Positions 51,565 through 61,180 of a stretch of DNA of 64,000 bases are shown in pieces. The notes beneath the pieces were generated by a model. It did not search any database. It was not told the DNA's origin and was given only the letters and a program-made list of their open reading frames with translations. A program made the translations under genes and the position numbers. Source of the DNA: Candidatus Bathyarchaeota archaeon (GTDB lineage: Archaea; Thermoproteota; Bathyarchaeia; TCS64); contig CAVYLP010000004.1 in assembly GCA_963769425.1 (NCBI GenBank), positions 361,052 through 425,051 on the forward strand. The letters are read 5' to 3'. Positions within the stretch are counted from its first letter, which is position 1, and each line of letters begins with the position of its first letter.

Positions 51565-51887
51565 GCGCGCGCGACCCGTTGGAGAGCCGATGACTATCAG
51601 AACGAAGGGGATTAGTAGGAAAGCGTTGTGTAGCATCGCCCGGTTTAATGTATAGAACACCTCGAGGTGGTCGACAGTTTGCACCTGCGTCAGCGGTGTC
51701 AGGGTGTGATGATCCAGTTGATGTATTTTCGGTTGTAGAACGCGAGGAGCGCGATCCCGGGTACGATCAGGTGCAGCAGGAGGTCAGCTAAGGTTTTTCA
51801 CCGAAGGTAGCCGGTGAGGAATTCTAGAATGTTAAGTTAAAGGAATTAGGGTAATCTGTTATGATCTAAATTAGGATTAATCTTATT

Positions 51888-52640
51888 TTATTTAATCACT
51901 TCGATGAAGTCGTTTAACATTGTTGTCCTTCTCTTCCATTCATTAATTGTTTGAAATTCTTGCCTCCAATTCTCTAGTCCTTGCTGCTTGATTTCCTCTT
52001 GATAGCGGTCAGGTGTTTCCCACTCTAGGCCTTCTCTCTCGATATAGTGGGGAGTCTTAGCCGATGACCAGAGTTTCATTGGCCACTGTGTGTAGAAGCC
52101 GAACTCGTTAACATGTTTCTGTTTTAGGATCATTGTCGCCAGTTGTGGTGTCATTATCCACGTTATTCCGAGGACGTCGAGGGTGTTTTTGAAGCCGAGG
52201 GCCTTCGATGAGACTAAGTTTCCTATTCCCTCAGTTAGCCTCTGTGTCTCAGGGTGCGTGTCGAAGGCTCGCTTCGTCCTCCCGATGAGTGTGAAGTCGT
52301 TTTCATGAGGCGTTTCGGTTATCTGCTTGAGTTCATCCGGGTAGCTCCTCATCCAATGGAGGGCTCGGTCTAGGTCGCAGTAGAATAATGTTTCTAAATC
52401 AGGAACTAGGGCCCTCTTCAAGGCTGTTTGATAGGTGTTGATTACTGTGTTCCCTGCTTTGGAGACCTTGTATCCTTTCTTTACGAGGAGTCTGATGGTG
52501 TCGGGATTGGTCCTCGTGGTATAGGCTATGTCGCCGATTCAAACAGATCTCTTATTGGGTCACCGACTTCCTCGATTAGGTATCCTAGTCGGTTCTCTGG
52601 GTCGTGGATGGTCGAGGTGAAGGCTAGAATAAGCGTCACT
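51888..52640 (-). pseudogene. Conserved hypothetical protein (possibly glycosyltransferase-like), frameshift near 52530
   Basis: LAFTSTIHDPENRL...(shift)...YCDLDRALHW, IGRTKRAFDTHPETQRLTE, EGLEWETPD. Confidence 0.65.
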
Positions 52641-52762
52641 TCCTTAGAGTTACCTTGAATGAGTCTCCCATTGTTACTATGGCTTTTCGGATGTGAAGTT
52701 ATTGTCGAACAGCATTACGGATCGTGTAATTTGTCTTGAGGAATTATTACGTTTAATAGAGT

Positions 52763-53146
52763 TCATTTCGTCTCTATTCGTAGGTCTGGGCCCTCTATCT
52801 CTAAAAGTGTATTACCTTGAATACCAGCTTCTCTGAGGGAATGCGCCTTCTCGATGCCCCTCAGGTATCTGACGGTGAGGCTCTCCCTGTTTATCCTGTA
52901 CAACTTGGCTCTCCCGATTTTACGGGACACGACTACTATGCCCTCTTCCTCGAGCTTGGGTAGAACCCTGTAGAGGGTCCTCTTGTTCATCCCCAGATCT
53001 TCGATGATCTCTCTTTTCGTGAAGTCGAACAGAGGGTTGTCCATGAAGAAGTCGATCAGCCTGATCTCGGGGGTCTCCCCGAAGAGCTCTAATAGTATTG
53101 ATTTACCTTCTGTCGTCATCTCGCTCTTGGCTTGTATTCGACTCAC
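52763..53146 (-). CDS. Winged-helix regulator
   Basis: LFGETPEIRLIDFF...DFTKREI..LGMNKRTLY..L..EGIV..SRKIGRAKLYRIN. Confidence 0.85.
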   Translation of the reverse strand: MSRIQAKSEMTTEGKSILLELFGETPEIRLIDFFMDNPLFDFTKREIIEDLGMNKRTLYRVLPKLEEEGIVVVSRKIGRAKLYRINRESLTVRYLRGIEKAHSLREAGIQGNTLLEIEGPDLRIETK

Positions 53147-53211
53147 CTAATCCCTGTGTTTCCGTAAAAGGATATAAAGGTGTCCCATTCAATGGTGTAT
53201 CAGGTGCCCCT

Positions 53212-53490
53212 ATGCCCGTTCACGAGGTGACCGATGATGAGATTAAGGCGGATATCCTCAACAGGTTGGCGAGGCGGAGATGTTGGGGTTAGAGATACGC
53301 TCAGACCCAGAAGATCACGGGCTCCCTAGGGAAGCGGATTAAAAGAGACGGCGTAAGGGTAACTAAAATCGTTGGAGAACTCGTTGACGCTGGTTTTACT
53401 CTCATCCATAAGAGAGGTAGAACCATTTCACTTAACCCACATAGATCACGGGAGATAAGTGAGTTCATCGAGAGGCATCTCGGGTTTTAA
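53212..53490 (+). pseudogene. Small archaeal winged-helix-like protein with in-frame TAG
   Basis: ILNRLARRRCWG*RY...LVDAGF....RTISLNPHRSREI continues in frame. Confidence 0.6.
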
Positions 53491-53504
53491 GCGTCAACAG
53501 ACCT

Positions 53505-53570
53505 ACCCTTCGATTGGGTATCCGAGTCTGTTCTCTGGGTCATGGATGGTCGAGGTGAAGTCTAGGATCT
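53505..53570 (-). repeat. Copy of the 5' end of the 51888-52640 gene
   Basis: FTSTIHDPENRLGY; matches 52570-52630. Confidence 0.85.
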
Positions 53571-53732
53571 TGATCGCCTCGGTTCCGAACTATAGTGTCA
53601 CTCTCGAAGCATCTCCGAGGATGAGCTTGTGGTCCTTCGGAACTGTGAGGCTGGAGTCGGTTATCTCCACGTTCACACCTACTTGATAGACGTGTTACGC
53701 TCAAATAAGGGCGAAAGGCTGTTACACAAGCT

Positions 53733-53995
53733 TCACTTATAGGCCGATGATCTCGTCGGAACCACCAGGATATTGATCTCCTCGCCCTGAAGGTTTCTAA
53801 ATCCTATATTACTCTGAGGTCGCCTATTCTCACCCTGTATGAGGAGTCCTTCTCCTCCATCTTTATGATGTCATATGTAGAGGGAATTGGATCCGATTGA
53901 AAGGTGACGAAGAGCTATTTTATCCGCTTGATGTACTGCGGGTCTATGCTTCTCAGCTGTTTCCTGGCCCTCACCGAGACGTAGACTCGGAACAT
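53733..53995 (-). pseudogene. RelE/ParE toxin with two TAG stops and a frameshift
   Basis: MFRVYVSVRARKQL...DIIKM....YRVRIGDLRVI. Confidence 0.75.
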
Positions 53996-54000
53996 TCTCC

Positions 54001-54170
54001 TCAACCCACCTCTATCAAGATTTCATCGAGGGGGATTCTTCGGCCCTCTGATATCTCTGCCCTAGCTTTCTCTACCTCAGCTTCCTCCTCCGGAGTCGGC
54101 TTTTCCTCGGGCAAAAGCATCACCCTGATGCGGATGAGCTCCCTCTCTATCTCATCCAGCTTCTAACCTT
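54001..54170 (-). pseudogene. Antitoxin 3' fragment upstream of relE
   Basis: LLPEEKPTPEE...ARAEISEGRRIPLDEI. Confidence 0.6.
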
Positions 54171-54212
54171 CACGAGAGGCGGCGGGAGCTCCTTCAGCTT
54201 CGGAGCTACGGC

Positions 54213-54536
54213 GTGCACCTGAGCGTAGCCGTGAAGCAGTTGGCTGAGGAGCACGGCGTCTCGCCGAGTGCCGTCTACGAGGACTGGTCGTGGAGGGGTG
54301 AGTGGGCCGGGGCCTTTGTCGACCTGAGGGGCTCCGGGACGATGCTCATCGACCTCGTCACGCGGCACGAGGAGCTGTACAGCCGAGCCTTCAACGCCTA
54401 CGCTCGGGCGGATAACAGCAGCGCGAGGGTGGGGGCGCTTCGGCTTCTCCGCGAGCTGATCCATCACCGGGGCCAAAGGCGGCTTGAAGTGAGCTATTAT
54501 CTAGGAGGTCGCGAGTCTCAGCGATTTCTCGAGTAA
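54213..54536 (+). pseudogene. HTH protein fragment, possibly terminase-small-subunit-like
   Basis: VKQLAEEHGVSPSAVYEDW..R..W; DNSSARVGALRLL. Confidence 0.4.
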
Positions 54537-54585
54537 CGAGTTTAACCCATCGCGATACTTGAATGTGTCGGGTTGAGGACCTGAG

Positions 54586-54985
54586 TTAGTGTGTCTCGGT
54601 TTTTAAGTCGTCTATCCTCTCGAAGTGTGAGATGTTTCTCGTTATCAGAGAATCGGCGCCGTTGACCAACGCTATGGCTGCGATGAGTGAGTCAAATGGA
54701 TCGAATCCCTATTCCCCTTCTCTCGAGTTCCCCTGATATCCTGGCGGCTCTCAGCGTCGCCCTGTAGTCTAGGTTGAAGATGTCGAGGCTTTGGAGGACT
54801 CGCTCGAGCTCGAGAAGTCTCCTCGGGGGGTCCGATGTGCTTCTGTAGACGCCGTAGGCCGTCTCATAGACGTTTATGACGGTTGTTGCTGCTCCGCCTT
54901 CGGAGTTTAGTTGTTCGGCTTTCTCCATGGTGGGTTTGTCGCCGCGGAGGAGGGAGATGATGAAGGTTGTGTCAACGAACTTCAA
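54586..54985 (-). pseudogene. VapC PIN toxin, frameshift near 54703
   Basis: FVDTTFII...RGIG / PFDSLIAAIAL..ITRNISHFERI. Confidence 0.8.
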
Positions 54986-55214
54986 GGTATTTTTCCCTCA
55001 GGGATTGAGTGATCTTTTCTCTGAGTTCGTGGAGTTCGCTGTTGAATGCCTGGATCTCGTTCCCCGTCATGTCTTCCCAGGCTCCTGCGAATTCGTTGAG
55101 GTCGCGTCGTTTGGCTAGGCGTCTTATTGTGTCGGAGAAGCTCTCGTTCTTTAGCTTCATCTTGGAGAGGAGTTCATAGACGTCGTCGGTTACGGAGATG
55201 TTCTTGGACGTCAT
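54972..55214 (-). CDS. vapB: Archaeal VapB antitoxin
   Basis: KNISVTDDVYELLSKMK..NESFSDTIRRL...FAGAW. Confidence 0.88.
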   Translation of the reverse strand: MTSKNISVTDDVYELLSKMKLKNESFSDTIRRLAKRRDLNEFAGAWEDMTGNEIQAFNSELHELREKITQSLREKYLEVR

Positions 55215-55288
55215 GTGTATACATATGTATATGTGGAATATATACGTTGGCTGCCACGGGAGCGTGTAGATTCGCGGAGCGCGCGCAC

Positions 55289-55531
55289 TTACCTTTTACG
55301 CCTACTCTTCCTGCTGGGCTCCGGTTCCTCCTCTATGAGGAGTTCACTCGCCCCCATAGTGAAGAGATTCGTGACGAAGGGAACTATCATCAGGAAAACC
55401 TTATGCCGTTCCTCAGGTGAAAGCTCAGAGAATTGATCCTCCACCTCATCGCGGACTGTCCTGAAGATGCTTACTGTCTGCCTGGCAACGAACCTCAAGT
55501 CATCGAATACCTCACTATCTGTCATTCCCAA
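55289..55531 (-). CDS. Hypothetical protein
   Basis: GAGGTG RBS; 80-aa ORF. Confidence 0.5.
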   Translation of the reverse strand: MGMTDSEVFDDLRFVARQTVSIFRTVRDEVEDQFSELSPEERHKVFLMIVPFVTNLFTMGASELLIEEEPEPSRKSRRKR

Positions 55532-55628
55532 GACATCACCTCTAAAGCACGCATCTAAATCGCCTTAGTGGAAGAAATCGTTTGTGTCATCTACCCGCGC
55601 GCACGCGTCGGCTGTGTATCCCACAGTT

Positions 55629-56861
55629 TTAAAAATCGGCTTGTCGCGCGCGTGTTGATATTTGCCAGGCGGGGATGATTTTTATCGTTTTTCCTGATTT
55701 TTTAAGCTCATCTGTTTGGTCGAATGTGATTATGATTCCCTCGGATAGATCAAATGCTTCCATCGCCTCCAGTAGACCATCGATTTCCCTCTGCATGTTA
55801 TCCGCGTTTAGCTCGTAGCATACCTGAATCGCCTTTGTGATCACATTTTTTTCTCTAGTTAAGAAATCGCACTCGTTTTTCCCCTTGAAATAGAATACGT
55901 CCCTCCCCGTTCGTCTGAGCCCCATGAATACGCAGTTTTCAAGCATCCTCCCCCTATTGGAGGAAAACGAAACAGAATTCACGTTAGCCAATCCATTGTC
56001 AACTATGTACGCCTTCTTCGGGTTCACAGCCTGCTTCTTCAGGGAATAATCGAATCTGGGGACCGTGAATAAGAGGTAACTGTCCTCCAAATAAGACACG
56101 AAAGCTGTCGCGGTGTTTGTTGAGCCTAGACCGAACGTCTTCGCCAGGTTGTTGAATGAAAACTCTACTCCGGCGTTCGAAATTAAGTAGAGCGCCATCT
56201 CAATAATCGCTTTCGGGCTCCTGAGCTTGTACCTCACCACGATGTCCCGCATGATTATATCATTGAGTAACTCATGGAGGATCTCGCTCCGCCCAAACTT
56301 GAGGTACTCCGGAAAACCGCCTTTCCGCATGTATTCGCCGAATGACTCACTGCCGGCTTGCAGAGAAGTGAAGACTAAAAATTCCTTATATGAAAACGGG
56401 AAAAGCTCATGTCTCAGATGTCTCCCGGTGAGCCTTGTGCCGAGTTCCACGCTTAGAAGGGATGCGTTCGACCCCGTAATCATGAAGTGCCTTCCCTTAT
56501 CTAACATGGTCCTGACGAATAGCTCCCATCTATCGACGTTCTGGATCTCATCGAAGAAGTATAGGTCGCTTCTGCCATACTCCTCGTGAAGGACCTCGTC
56601 CAGCTTCTGAAAGTCCTCGGCTTCAAACCCGGTTGTCCTCGGGTCCTCGAAGTTGAAGTAGTACGAGTTCCCCGACTTGTCCATTATCTGCCTAAGCAGG
56701 GTGCTTTTTCCACATCGACGTATTCCAGATAATATTATCGCATAGGGTAAATCCAAGTCTAGGTCTGTAGAGATGGTCCTGCCTATACCCAACTCCAATG
56801 AATCAAGGTCCAATCGTTGTTCCTTAGCGATGACTCTTAGCGTGTCTTTGAGTATCAACAT
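55629..56861 (-). CDS. AAA_14/DUF4143 ATPase
   Basis: GIRRCGKS, FFDEIQ, TGSNASLL, LTGRH, PFSYKEF, GGFPE, KAYIVDNG, ECDF. Confidence 0.92.
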   Translation of the reverse strand: MLILKDTLRVIAKEQRLDLDSLELGIGRTISTDLDLDLPYAIILSGIRRCGKSTLLRQIMDKSGNSYYFNFEDPRTTGFEAEDFQKLDEVLHEEYGRSDLYFFDEIQNVDRWELFVRTMLDKGRHFMITGSNASLLSVELGTRLTGRHLRHELFPFSYKEFLVFTSLQAGSESFGEYMRKGGFPEYLKFGRSEILHELLNDIIMRDIVVRYKLRSPKAIIEMALYLISNAGVEFSFNNLAKTFGLGSTNTATAFVSYLEDSYLLFTVPRFDYSLKKQAVNPKKAYIVDNGLANVNSVSFSSNRGRMLENCVFMGLRRTGRDVFYFKGKNECDFLTREKNVITKAIQVCYELNADNMQREIDGLLEAMEAFDLSEGIIITFDQTDELKKSGKTIKIIPAWQISTRARQADF

Positions 56862-56866
56862 CTTAA

Positions 56867-56912
56867 ACTGTGCATTAGTAAAATATAAGATTGTGCATTA
56901 GTAATGCATAGT
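56867..56912. promoter_or_regulatory. Operator-like repeats upstream of the ATPase
   Basis: TGTGCATTAGTAA twice; the second lies in the palindrome TGCATTAGTAATGCA. Confidence 0.5.
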
Positions 56913-56935
56913 TTTAGGGATGTCAAGGCGCGCGC

Positions 56936-57040
56936 GGGATCGGAGAAGGGGTATGCGGTAGCGGCGGTCTCGGCGCTGATGGAGGGCGGGGTGATGAATC
57001 AGAAGGACCTGGCGATTCGCCTCGGGGTGGGGGAGACTGT
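56936..57040 (+). pseudogene. Third partial copy of the wHTH-coding segment
   Basis: GSEKGYAVAAVSALMEGGVMNQKDLAIRLGVGET; begins right after GCGCGCGCG. Confidence 0.88.
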
Positions 57041-57120
57041 GCTAGCGAACAAATGCATACGAGTACATCTTCAAATAATGTTATATTGTACAGCTTCCTA
57101 GAATTACCTGAGGTAATGTA

Positions 57121-57345
57121 ATGGATACTGTTACGATAAAGGTTGAGGAGGAGCTAAAGAGAAGAATGGAGGGCGTCAAGGAGAACTGGTCCGCATACCT
57201 CAGAGAATCGATCAGGAAGCGGGTCGAGCAGGAGGAGCGCAGGCAGGCCGCCGAGAAAATGCTCGAGGGGCTCAAGGGGGACGCGCTGAAGGTCCCCGAG
57301 GGCTTCATAGACTCCGTCATAAGAGAGACGAGGGAGACGAGTTGA
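57121..57345 (+). CDS. RHH antitoxin
   Basis: TVTIKVEEELKRRM....NWSAYLRESI...IRETRE. Confidence 0.85.
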   Translation: MDTVTIKVEEELKRRMEGVKENWSAYLRESIRKRVEQEERRQAAEKMLEGLKGDALKVPEGFIDSVIRETRETS

Positions 57346-57771
57346 GGACATACGTGGTTGACGCCTCGGTGGCGACCCGGTTCCTCCTCAAGGAGGACCT
57401 CGCGGAGCAGGCGGAGCGTGTCCTGAGAGGCTTCACTGAGGGTGAGATCGACCTTGCTTCACCTCAGCTCGTGATCTACGAAGTTGGCAACGCGTTAAGG
57501 ACCGCGGCCTCAAGGGGGTTCATCAAGTTAGGAGACGCTGAGGTCTCCTTCGAGGCCTTTCTCAGGCTGAAGCTCGGTAGAATAGCTATTTCCGAAAGGG
57601 GGTACTCTGAAGCCCTTGGGTGGTCGATAAGGAAAGGGGTCAGCTACTATTGACGGCGTATATGTGCAGGCGTGTAAAGCGTCTGGATACGCGCTTTTAA
57701 CGTCGGATAAGTGGCAGGTTGAGGCGGCGAAGGGTGAGGTTGAGGTCGTTCATCTCAAAGATTATTCTTAA
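57342..57771 (+). pseudogene. VapC PIN toxin, +1 frameshift at ~57651
   Basis: VVDASVA...YEVGNAL...SYY / DGVYVQAC..LLTSDK. Confidence 0.8.
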
Positions 57772-58144
57772 ATCGTCACGCGTACGCAAATTATTGAAAA
57801 GCCGGATTGTTCCGTAATTTAGCTGTGAAGAATCCTCAAATAAGCATTCTTTTAATATCATATTCTTTTATTCCCTGCTTGAGTACTCCTGAACCTCCCT
57901 GAATCGTAATTGTCCATTAAATATAAGGCAGGCACAGCTATTTATGTAATGGAGCTTTCTGAAAGAGCTGAGAGAAACGTTAGAAACTTGACATGACAGA
58001 TCTATAAGTTTTTAATAATACTTAGATTAAATATTGTTCTACTCAATAGCAGCACGCATATGCGCGCAATATTCAAATTAAGAATTAGAGTTCATATCAA
58101 AACTATTAAACTGACAAAACGCGAGGACGATCGGTCAGAATAAA

Positions 58145-58375
58145 TTGTCCATTTACCTTAAGAGCAACGAATCACATGAAAAAACAATGAAAAAAGCCCA
58201 GGCCAAGCATAGGGAGTCTGTGAGATGCTGTGTATGTAATGAGCCACTCACGGATTTCATGGCCTATATCCCGGAAAAGGGCGAGTCTTGCTTAAAATGC
58301 TTCGCTGAATACGCTCAAAAAGAAGATAATCAATTAGTGACAAGATCGGAGAAGAAAAATAAAACGATGGGTTGA
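58145..58375 (+). CDS. Small Zn-finger protein
   Basis: CCVCNEP...CLKCFAEY. Confidence 0.55.
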   Translation: MSIYLKSNESHEKTMKKAQAKHRESVRCCVCNEPLTDFMAYIPEKGESCLKCFAEYAQKEDNQLVTRSEKKNKTMG

Positions 58376-58556
58376 ACGCGCGCGCTATTACACGATCTTC
58401 AGCCCGGATATCAAGAGTGACCTTGTGGAGGGCTTATTCGCTTCAAGAGTTCAACTACAATACTATTGATCCGACTGCTAGAATTAGGAAGAGTGTATAT
58501 AGATAAGACAGATTTGAGGATCTCCAGTTAAAAAGTGTCCGACTAGAGTGCTTTAG

Positions 58557-59180
58557 CTATGGTGGGGGATCATATACGGGTCGATTCAACTGGGGTGCGA
58601 TGTTAATGTGTTCTTTTCCGATCGTCCACTCCCCATTTTTCTGTGTCGCGGAGGTTGCTAGTATCGGCGTATCGCCGAGAATAGGTGTACTCGTCCTATC
58701 TGCAACCTTCTTTGTGAGAATAGTGTAGTTCATTCTGATATTCGGGATGGAGACGAGTACTCCGAGGAGTAATACCAGGGAATACTCGACTGATGTCAGG
58801 CTTGTGGCGTACCATAGATTTCCGACCGGTATGAGGTTCGCGTGCAGGGTGAACACATTCCCCGACAGCGGCCAGAGGAGCCTAACGCCGTCGAGGTCGA
58901 GTAGGATGTGACTGGCCCAGTAGAAGGTGGATATGGTTCCGATTTGCGTTAGATTGTTGTTTCTGCTCTTGATGCCGTAGAGGGCTATTAGGACTAGGGG
59001 GATTAGGCAGAAGACGTTGTGCAGGAGCTCTCTTTCGAGTGTGTAGAGGGCGTTTATGTGATCGATGTCGGGTAGTATGGCGAAGGGTAGTAGTGTGATT
59101 AGCCATTTGATTTGGTGGCGGTCGTATAGTGCGAGGAGTGTTATCGCGGGGACGAGTAGGTGGAGTAGGGGGTCAGCCAA
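58557..59180 (-). CDS. Membrane metal-dependent hydrolase (YdjM-like)
   Basis: LHLL, LPDIDH, RELLHN, SHILLD, LLWPLS. Confidence 0.75.
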   Translation of the reverse strand: MADPLLHLLVPAITLLALYDRHQIKWLITLLPFAILPDIDHINALYTLERELLHNVFCLIPLVLIALYGIKSRNNNLTQIGTISTFYWASHILLDLDGVRLLWPLSGNVFTLHANLIPVGNLWYATSLTSVEYSLVLLLGVLVSIPNIRMNYTILTKKVADRTSTPILGDTPILATSATQKNGEWTIGKEHINIAPQLNRPVYDPPP

Positions 59181-59461
59181 TTTAATCTGAGGACCCCTTT
59201 GCAGTAAATTATGTAGTTTAAAGGGAATAGTATCACTCTTCGTTACCTTCGTCCACTGTTTATCTAGATTACCGATCTATATTAATAACACAGAATTAAC
59301 GTGTAGGATATTTGATTAGGATTAATAGTTAGTTTATTTACATCAGGTAACCTGCTCTTAAATATTAAACTATAATTATGAGAAGATGACACGCGCTCAA
59401 GGGCGTGACCTAGGTAACTAGCTTACTAACGAAGAGGAAAAAACAAAAAAACTTAAGGAAA

Positions 59462-61180
59462 TTATGGTCCTATAGGGGTGTAGCCGAGGACCGCTGGGTA
59501 GAAGACAGTTGTATGTGTATCCTGATCATACTGAGCCATAATCTTACTAACACAAGGAGTCCCATCGCCTGGGAAGAAGCCCCAGACATCATATGATGGC
59601 GCCCAACGATCACCGGCTGCGTCAAGCCTACACCAACCGACTGCGCCATAGGTGTCATAGCAGATTGGTTGAATCAGCGGGATAACGTCCGTACCCCTAG
59701 TGCTCTGGGCCTCGAGCACCGCCCTCGCCATCACAAACGCGATGTCGTACATATAACCGGTGTAGGAACTGAATTGCTGACCAGTCAGGGCCTCATAGCG
59801 GGCTGCTAAGTTAGTGTATTTGCTCGATATTTCCTCACGTGAGAGTAGGCTATAGAGGCCAACGTGTATAGCCTGGGTCGGAGCGTCATCCATTGCCCTC
59901 TGGCTCAAAGCGGTACCGTCACTACCCCACCAATGCACGTTGTAGATATTAGGATACGAGGAGGCTTGACTTAATATTACTCCAATCTCATTGAAGGAGA
60001 GCATTATTACACCGACCCTCTGGGTCTGACCACCGTAATTAGCTACAGCGGTTGCGACCTGCTGGTCCGCAACCGTAAGATAGTTTGAGAACTCAGTCGC
60101 CTCAGCAGCATACCTAATAGTATCACCCGCTAGAACACCCCCCTTTGCTGTCCAAAGCGGCTTGAAGAGGTTGACTATTCCGTCGCCCCAAGAGTCCCCA
60201 CGCTGGAAGATGACTACCGACTTGACACCAGCGGCCCACATGACATCCGCGAGAGCAGGCGCTAGGTGACTGTCTGCTGTGCACATGCGAAAGAAGTTGT
60301 CGTTTGCTATTGCAAGGGTGGGGGAGGTCGAAGAGGAACTGAACATCAGCATGCCATGGGTATTAACGTATGAGAGTGAACCCTGTGCCTGTGACGACCA
60401 ACCTCCGCCAATGAAGAGGTCCACTCCTGCCGCCTTCAACTCCTGAACCTTTTCTAAGTGAGTGGTATCCTGTCCATCTGCGTCCTTGTAGACGAAGTCA
60501 AAATTCACATTATAACCAAGCTTTGCCGCGTACGCGTTCAGGTCAGGTTTGACGATCTGCTCAAGGAAGGGCTGCCCAACCGAGTAAGAAGTTGAATCAG
60601 ATGCTATGTAGCCGATTTTAACTGTTGTCCCGTCAAGCGGAGCAGGAACGGTCGCCTGATTCTGGTTTAGTATTACATGAGGCGTATCAGGAGACGCACC
60701 ATTGGGCACCTGCCTCCAGTTACCCCATGTACCATCAATGTAGTATCGGTACCAGATGAGGTCACCAACGCTGCCCCGAACTGTGAGACATAGAGCGGTT
60801 CCGTTAGATGTCAGGCTAGGAGGCGACGGTGTTGTGCCGTCTAGCAGGTTCCAGCCGCTGAAGACGCCTACAGAGTCTATCCACCCGTGCCAGAGGCTCT
60901 GACCCGCGCCCTGGACCACAACATGTAGGTTATCGTTGAGGTACGCGGTGGCTGGCGCGAGGGCTGTTGAACCAGGTAGCTTCAGCCAGGAGCCGTAGAC
61001 TCCGTTTGCCTGGTTGTATCGGCAATACCATATGTCGTTGTTTGTGCCTCGGACGACTAGTTGTGTGTATGTACCACCGGTGCCTTGGGCATGTCCTTGG
61101 ATTACTGCTCCAACTACGGTTGTTGATAGCAGTAACATGACGATGACTGAGAATACTTTTAACGAAAACTTTCTCTCCAT
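59462..61180 (-). CDS. Branched-chain amino-acid-type ABC solute-binding protein with N-terminal lectin-like repeats
   Basis: Signal MERKFSLKV...; three VRG...IWY/W...W..L.G repeats; KIGYIAS, IGGGWSSQA, SSTSPTLA, RGDSWGDG, YMYD. Confidence 0.85.
   Translation of the reverse strand: MERKFSLKVFSVIVMLLLSTTVVGAVIQGHAQGTGGTYTQLVVRGTNNDIWYCRYNQANGVYGSWLKLPGSTALAPATAYLNDNLHVVVQGAGQSLWHGWIDSVGVFSGWNLLDGTTPSPPSLTSNGTALCLTVRGSVGDLIWYRYYIDGTWGNWRQVPNGASPDTPHVILNQNQATVPAPLDGTTVKIGYIASDSTSYSVGQPFLEQIVKPDLNAYAAKLGYNVNFDFVYKDADGQDTTHLEKVQELKAAGVDLFIGGGWSSQAQGSLSYVNTHGMLMFSSSSTSPTLAIANDNFFRMCTADSHLAPALADVMWAAGVKSVVIFQRGDSWGDGIVNLFKPLWTAKGGVLAGDTIRYAAEATEFSNYLTVADQQVATAVANYGGQTQRVGVIMLSFNEIGVILSQASSYPNIYNVHWWGSDGTALSQRAMDDAPTQAIHVGLYSLLSREEISSKYTNLAARYEALTGQQFSSYTGYMYDIAFVMARAVLEAQSTRGTDVIPLIQPICYDTYGAVGWCRLDAAGDRWAPSYDVWGFFPGDGTPCVSKIMAQYDQDTHTTVFYPAVLGYTPIGP

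Noticed and set aside
57651-57653. Selenocysteine TGA in vapC
   Set aside because: The PIN motif resumes in another frame; it is a single-base insertion
44814-58813. Intact provirus, IS or integron
   Set aside because: No integrase, transposase, capsid or terL recognised
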